From the NCBI RefSeq assembly GCF_964194155.1, contig NC_135892.1, positions 11,780,001 through 11,844,000 of the forward strand: 64,000 nt of DNA. The letters run 5' to 3'. Of this stretch, positions 58,006-64,000 are shown piece by piece. The notes below the pieces were generated by a model. The model saw only the letters and a program-made list of their open reading frames with translations. It had not been told where the DNA came from and did not search any database. Position 1 is the first letter of the stretch, and every line of letters begins with the position of its first letter. The translations under genes and the position numbers were made by a program. The stretch comes from Cetorhinus maximus. Its lineage: Eukaryota.

Positions 58006-60764
58006 GCAGGCTATACTGTGCACATGTATATTGAGTCCAGTGGTGGGAGGCAGACAGGAGTGGGAGCCCTGGGTGATTTTAACCCACCCTCCCCCCTACT
58101 TAACCCTGACTTTGTTTGACCATTGTTCCTGTGAAGCATCTTCCAACGTTTTACTGTGGTAAAGGTGCTATATAAATGCAGGTTGTCGTTGTTATGTGAA
58201 AGTGAACAGGGCTTGGCTGTGGTGGCCTTCACTGTAGAATTTGCCTTGTTTCGTTGATGGTGTTGGCTTCCACATAGGATGAAAAAGATACCATCACTTG
58301 GGTAAAGCAACGTACAAGTTGCAGGGCAAGGAAAGGAGGGCTGAGCAAGAGACATCCCACCTTTTGAGAGAGTGAGGGAGAATACTTTAAAAGAAAGGAG
58401 TATGATATGCAAAGGAGGTATTCACTCTGACTGATCACAACATGTGGGAACCCTTTCCTTAATTAATGGTGTGCATCAGCTAGGGGAAACAGCACTGCTA
58501 TTACGGTGCATATATTTCACTGACTCCATCTGACCTGCCTACCCAGGAGCTATGACTGATCATGCTTGATATTCTTTCTATAGCCCTAATTATAACTTTA
58601 TTGTAAAAATCTGCTTTCTCTCAATGACGAACATAAAAAATATTTTAACGTTTTCTTCGCGTGAATATCCGTGATTAAAAAAATGTTGATTCATTAATTT
58701 ATCTATTCGCGTTTAATTTATTGCAGGGGTTCAGTGATTGTTGCATTCAGATAATCTCCCTCCGATCTAGTTGGTAGAATTCAGCTCTCGTCTTATTTTA
58801 TTTCTGTTTGCCTCGCCACGCTCTGTCTGAGGCATTCTCTACACGGAATAATCGCTAATGTGGCCCAGACACTTGGGCAGAAGTCACTGAGTGTCGTAAC
58901 TTGCTATTACTTCAATTTCATGGAGAGAAAGATGGCACAGCTCATGTGTTATTTTCAACTTCTTGGGCAGCCTGCCATTTGTGCCAGTAATTTGATGGTT
59001 GCCCAGTAATGATGGCTGTCAAAATAATAGTCTGTAGTTGAAAGGTCAAGAAAAATATGTAAAAGATTTTGGAGTATGCCAGATGATAGTGTAACCTATA
59101 AACCATTGAATCATAGAGCTTTGCTGACCCCCAAATGAGTTCAGAGGTTAGTAGCAAGAGACTGGATTAATGTGAGTACCGCCAAGCAGTTTATTCCTTC
59201 CAGAAGATGATAACTGCTATATTATACAGGCAGGGTATCATTAATTACAAAACTGATCTAGTATCGCAATGTCTGATCGAGAATAATTCGGTCTGTCTCT
59301 TTATTTGAGTTACGCTTAACCCTTTGCATGCTGTCAGCCTCCTCAGGGCAGGGCAACCACAGATTTGTTTGATTTCATACCACTGCTGTGATTTGTCCTT
59401 CAAAGCTGGCATGCCACTAGAGGGTTGGTGCAAGTGACCTTTCCCCTCCTGGCCAACGTTCGTACACATAATATGTGCCTCGAGTAGGGAAATTGCCATA
59501 TAATCATTTATGTTTACTGGGTCAGACTCCACTTGGTAATTCAAGACAAGAGGAAATAAGGGCAAGTTTGTGTGCTCCAGACCAGAAATGGTAAAGAAAT
59601 GGACCTATTCATTTTTGGTTTCTTTTTTTTTTGAGAAAAAGGCAATGTATTCGTGATAGTACTGTTTTGTTCATTGTATTGGGCTGCAGTGATTAACAAG
59701 CAGCTTTTCAGAACAGTGTAACTGCGAACCACAACCCATGTGTGCAAGGGGAACAAATAGAGATTGTGCTAAAACAGTTATCATTTTGTTGCTTAACATG
59801 GCAAACAAGAGTTCAAGTACAATTTTGAAGCAGTTCCTCGATGAGGGCCTAACTTTTTGACATGATCCTCGTCCATCACAGGAGGCCTTTTTAGCAATTG
59901 AATGTAATGATCAGAAGCAAAATGCTGAGGGGAATAGACACTTGGCTGTAAGGAAAGGATAGATTCAAGTAAATAAAATTATAACATGTCATAGGGTTCG
60001 CCTTCAGTAAGAACCTATGCTTTTTATAAACCACTTGGTTTTTTTTTTGATTGTGGGTGCGTATTTGTTGACTCCCTTGCTTACATGTGTGTGAACAAGC
60101 TTTAAGATCTTCGTTTATCAAAGTGTGATTTCACTGTACACCCTTATTATCCATGCACCCATCTGGCATAAGTTGTACCTAATGGTGAACAATGTTGAAT
60201 AAGTCTTGACATTTTATGCAATAATGTTTCTTTGGTGCACTTCACTTTTGCCCCTATCGACAAGCCTTTTTTTTTTAAGTGACTGCTGTTCTGACAGAGT
60301 TTCCTTCTCTTATGGTTGTGTTGACCCAGATGGCCCTTTGGCAGTGAAATTTAATACACTCTGTTCTGCAGTCAAATCATCAAATTTTCCTGTGTGTATG
60401 TTAAGAGTCCTGTAATGTGCCTCCATTACAAAACAATGGCAGCATAATTGCCTTTGGTGGTAATTACCTAATGGCTGAGTCCTGTTCATTGCAGGTTCCC
60501 TAAGCTTATACATTTTTGTTATTTGTGTTTTTGACATTGATGTATATGGTTTCTTGATTCAGACGTTGAGTGTATTTGTTTGACTTGTTAACGCTGGCTG
60601 CACATTTAACAAAAGACAAAGTTGCTTTATTTCATTCTTTTTCAACCCTGTTTGTCTGGTGCTCAAAGGCTTAGGGAGTGATTTTTGCCCAAAGGTGCAG
60701 ACGCTAAAGAAGTTCAGAGGGGCAAAGTTAGGCCAATAAACTGAAAGGCTAAAAGAATATTACG

Positions 60765-61533
60765 GGGGTGGGGTGGGTGCGGGGGGCTCACTGGGGAGGA
60801 AGTCCCGCCCTCAGGAGCTACAGGATTGGCTGGGAGATCTATCAGTCCTGACCACACCGAGCACACATTAGTAGATGCTGCCAGGACTGCAGAGGAGAAG
60901 CAGATGAAGATGCATGGAGCCCTGGAAGGAGCTTAGTCCCGGGTCTTGGGCAGGGAGGGTTTGGGCAGGTTGGGGGGGGGGGGCGGAGAGGGCAGGAGGG
61001 TTGGACTTGGTGGGTTTAAGGTGGCAGGTGGGTAGGAAGGAAGTGGGTGGGGCGGGGTTCTATCTTAGAGGTGCCGTGACCCAGAGATAGAAACCCCCGT
61101 TCCTATCCACCCTATGAAGAATCTGTTCAAAAAAAATCGAGCTGCCCACTCACGCCCGACTGCCCTTGCCAAATGTTTTCGCCGTGGGCAGCCTATTATC
61201 AGGGTCAGTTGGCTTAATAACGAGCCCAATCGACCCTTGATTATTTATTTAAATATGGGGGGGCGGGCTGCTAATTTCAGTGCCCGCCAACCCCCACTTT
61301 ATGGGGTGAACTCAGAGTTGAGTGGGAAAGTGGCGGGAGGTGGGCACCTGTCCCTATTTTACATGCCCCCACTGTCAAAAATACACCCTGTAGTGGTACG
61401 TAAAATACGCCCTGTAGTGGTATGTAAAATACACCCTGCAGTGGCACGTAAAATACACCCTACAGTGGCACGTAAAATACACCCTACAGTGGCACGTAAA
61501 ATACACCCTGCAGCGGCACGTAAAATACAGCCC
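60765..61533. mobile_element. MITE of the 6462-7241 family, inverse orientation, left end missing
   Basis: GGAGGAAGTCCCGCCCTCAGGAGC and CCTATTTTACATG...GGCACGTAAAATACAGCCC match the reverse complement of about 7060-7100 and 6462-6540. Confidence 0.75.
61378..61533. repeat. 24-bp tandem repeat, 6 copies, ending in the TIR
   Basis: AAAATACRCCCTRYAGYGGYAYGT six times, then AAAATACAGCCC. Confidence 0.95.
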
Positions 61534-62120
61534 CAGGTTCAGTGCAAATGCCATCTTGGTAAATTAACTGCAACCAGAATGCTGGGGATGATGGCCTAGC
61601 AGCTTGTTAAACAGCTGATTGCCACTTAAATTGCCAGCTTGTTCTCATTAACAAGGCCGAATGGCACTTTGGTGGCTGGCGCTTCGACTAACGCCCTCTC
61701 CTAACAGCCTCAACTGTTTGGTTGTAATTGTGGAGTTGATTTCAATTACCAGCTCCACTTGTAGAGATACTCCCTGCTTAAAGGGATGTTCACTTGCTCA
61801 TAACCATTGCTGCTGAAGGGGACCTCTCACACACCTCAGGAAACTTCCTGTGATACTTTGTCAAGAATTCACACGTGCAGTATTTGTTCTGGAAATCCTC
61901 TGGGGTCCTCACCTAAAAAGAGTCAGTGCCGTGTGACTCTAGCTCGAGTGCAGGTAGATGCTCTGTCCGTGGACGTCTGCCAACGTGCTTCTTGACTTGT
62001 CTCTTAGGAGCTGCTCAGGGCTATTTAAAAGTGACCACAATTAATTTGGATTTACTCACCCTCCAACTTTCCCTCTCTCCCTTTAAGGAAACACTGGGGA
62101 TGGGAGGTGGGTGATGAAGG

Positions 62121-62146
62121 GTGTGTGTGTGTGTGTGTGTGTGTGT
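62121..62146. repeat. (GT)13 microsatellite
   Basis: Perfect GT run. Confidence 0.95.
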
Positions 62147-62659
62147 AGGACTCCCTCCTCAGCACCACATCTGGATTTGGGAGCTCAGTGCATAAGAAAT
62201 CAAGAATGTGAATCTGCTGCCTAATAGTCCATGGAGTAGAACCAATGCATTGACTCACCTCAAGAGCAGTGGAAGAAAGCAAGGAATTGCAGCTTGAGCC
62301 ACTACAGAGCTTTGAACACTCAAGTCCAGAATATTTATTGTACCCTCCTTTGGGAGAACGTGAATGTGAACCTCGGCTTGGATTTATACTTTGGTTTTTT
62401 GAGAAATGAACAGACTATAGAAGAAATTTACTTTGAAGGACTGAAGCCAGAATAATTCCACTTTCTCCGGTAACATGATATTACTAAGGAGATGTTGCTC
62501 TCATTTCTCACATAACCCTGAGCATCGCATTTTCTTGATAATATGACCGAACACATATTTTAAAACTTAATTTTATATTTCCTTACTTTCATGCAAAGTG
62601 ATAAAATGACAAGATAAGAAAATCTGTTAAGTGAAGAATTTGATCTCAAAGATTAAAAA

Positions 62660-63062
62660 TAAGGAAGACTTGCATTTATATAGCACCTCTCATGGCCTCT
62701 CCCGAAAACACTTTAGAGTCGATGAGGTACTTCTGAAGTGCAGTGATTGTTGTAATGTAGGAACTGCAGCGGCCAATTTATGTACAGCAAACTCCCACAA
62801 ACAGCAATGTGATAATGGCCAGACAGTCAGTTTTATGTGATATTGATTGAGGGACACATATTGGCCAGGACACTAAGGAAGACTCCCCTGCTCTTCTTCA
62901 AGACAGTGCCACGGGATCTTATACATCCATCTGAGAGCACAGATAGGGCCTCACTTTAAGATCTCATTTGAAACACGGCACCTTCAGCTGTTCAGCACTC
63001 CTTAAGTACTGGACTGGAGTGTCAACCTGGATTTTTGTGCTCAAGTCTTCGGCGTGGGACTA
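62660..63062 (-). mobile_element. Deu-SINE, head truncated
   Basis: Tail AAGACTTGCATTTATATAGCAC and Deu core. Confidence 0.88.
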
Positions 63063-63404
63063 GAATGATGTTATTGAAATGTTTGAGTTGAAGCTATTGC
63101 AATGTTATCACTTGACTGTGCTACAGTGCACTATTTTTCCACATTACAGTGTCTTGATAATGTCATTTGACCACTTGGTTATTGGTCACATCCATGGAGC
63201 TGAAATTATAGAACACACTTCAACTAGAGTCACACGTAACCACAAACAGGATTCAGGTGCGCTGTATTTGTGCTAGGTTATAAAAGTTCCTTCAGTTTCA
63301 TACAACTATCTCCCCGACAGGAATAAATGTTTAATATCCTCTGAAGGTCAGGCCATTGATTCTTACTCTGGGCTGAGTTAGCTGACCTCAACAATTAGAA
63401 GGAA

Positions 63405-63677
63405 AGACTTGAAATACTGGGGCTGCTTTCATTACAGAAGGAGGAGATTAATGGGTGATTTAATAGAGGTGATTTATATTATGAAGTGTTAGAACAAAGT
63501 AAATAGAATCAGGCTGTTTCCCAGTGATTGCGGGGTGTAGAACAAAGGGACATAGATTAAATCTAAGAGATTTAGGATAGATAGCAGGTGAAACTTTTTT
63601 ACTCAAAGAGTTGTGAGACTGTGGAATGCACAACTGGAGAAGAGTGTGATGGAAACGTAGGCTGTGACAAAATTTAA
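63405..63677 (+). mobile_element. CR1 3' fragment cut by a TIR element
   Basis: RRRLMGDLIEV...FFTQRVVRLWNA. Confidence 0.8.
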
Positions 63678-64000
63678 GGGCAGAATTCTCCCCCCGTCGG
63701 GGGGGAAGTTGAAGCGTGGAGGCACACCTCTGATCGCCGCCCCCAATTGGGGGCGCACCGCCATTTTATGTGTGCGGGCCAATTAAGGCCCACCCAGCTA
63801 TGCGCTCCCTGTGCGGGCTGGGGGAGTTCCCTGAACCGAGAGTGCGCTCTTTCACGCATGGACACGAAAGAGCGCACTCATCTCCCTGAGGCTAAGTGCA
63901 GCCTCAGGGAGATCGGCCCTACAGTAAAAAAATATTAAAAATAGAAAAAAAAATTCCCTGACATGTCCCCTCATGTGACACTGTCACATGAGCTGGGACA
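63678..64000. mobile_element. CpG-rich TIR element (probably Harbinger-type) running off the window
   Basis: Starts GGGCAGAATTCTCCCCC directly after TAA. CpG-rich body with an internal hairpin at 63964-64000. The other end is not visible. Confidence 0.65.

Noticed and set aside
61114-61599. 161-aa ORF with KIHPAVAR repeats, or CRISPR-like array
   Set aside because: Produced by the 24-bp tandem repeat inside a MITE. No spacers.
1-64000. ORF track as host protein-coding genes
   Set aside because: All recognisable peptides are fragments of L2, CR1, RTE or Penelope ORFs with stops or frameshifts. The rest are short, often start at non-ATG codons and lack domains.

Overview
This is non-coding vertebrate DNA. 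The repeat complement points to a cartilaginous fish (shark), which is my inference from family resemblance and not a database result. It looks like a gene desert or a very large intron. I see no recognisable protein-coding gene, rRNA, intact tRNA, CRISPR array or prokaryotic system. The ORF track consists of decayed retrotransposon pieces, tandem repeats, an N-gap (27250-27380) or chance ORFs. By eye roughly 40% is transposon-derived: CR1 and CR1-like LINE 3' ends, L2 LINEs, Deu-domain (SacSINE1-like) tRNA-SINEs, two RTE lineages, Penelope-like remnants, and GC-rich TIR elements (MITEs, probably PIF/Harbinger). Many of these are nested. Between them lie TE-free, motif-rich blocks that resemble conserved enhancers. 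The best leads are: (1) four decayed minimal hammerhead-ribozyme motifs in two Penelope-like families; (2) two independent gap-free duplications of about 250-350 bp, each placed about 0.9-1.0 kb downstream of its donor, one of them carrying the hammerhead; (3) two differently deleted bipartite derivatives of one LINE; (4) MITEs that have grown minisatellites, one from its own terminus; (5) a perfect DR5 retinoic-acid element and a CpG-retaining enhancer-like block. I cannot support a claim of a new biological system. Coordinates were read by eye, and TE edges are approximate (tens of bp).
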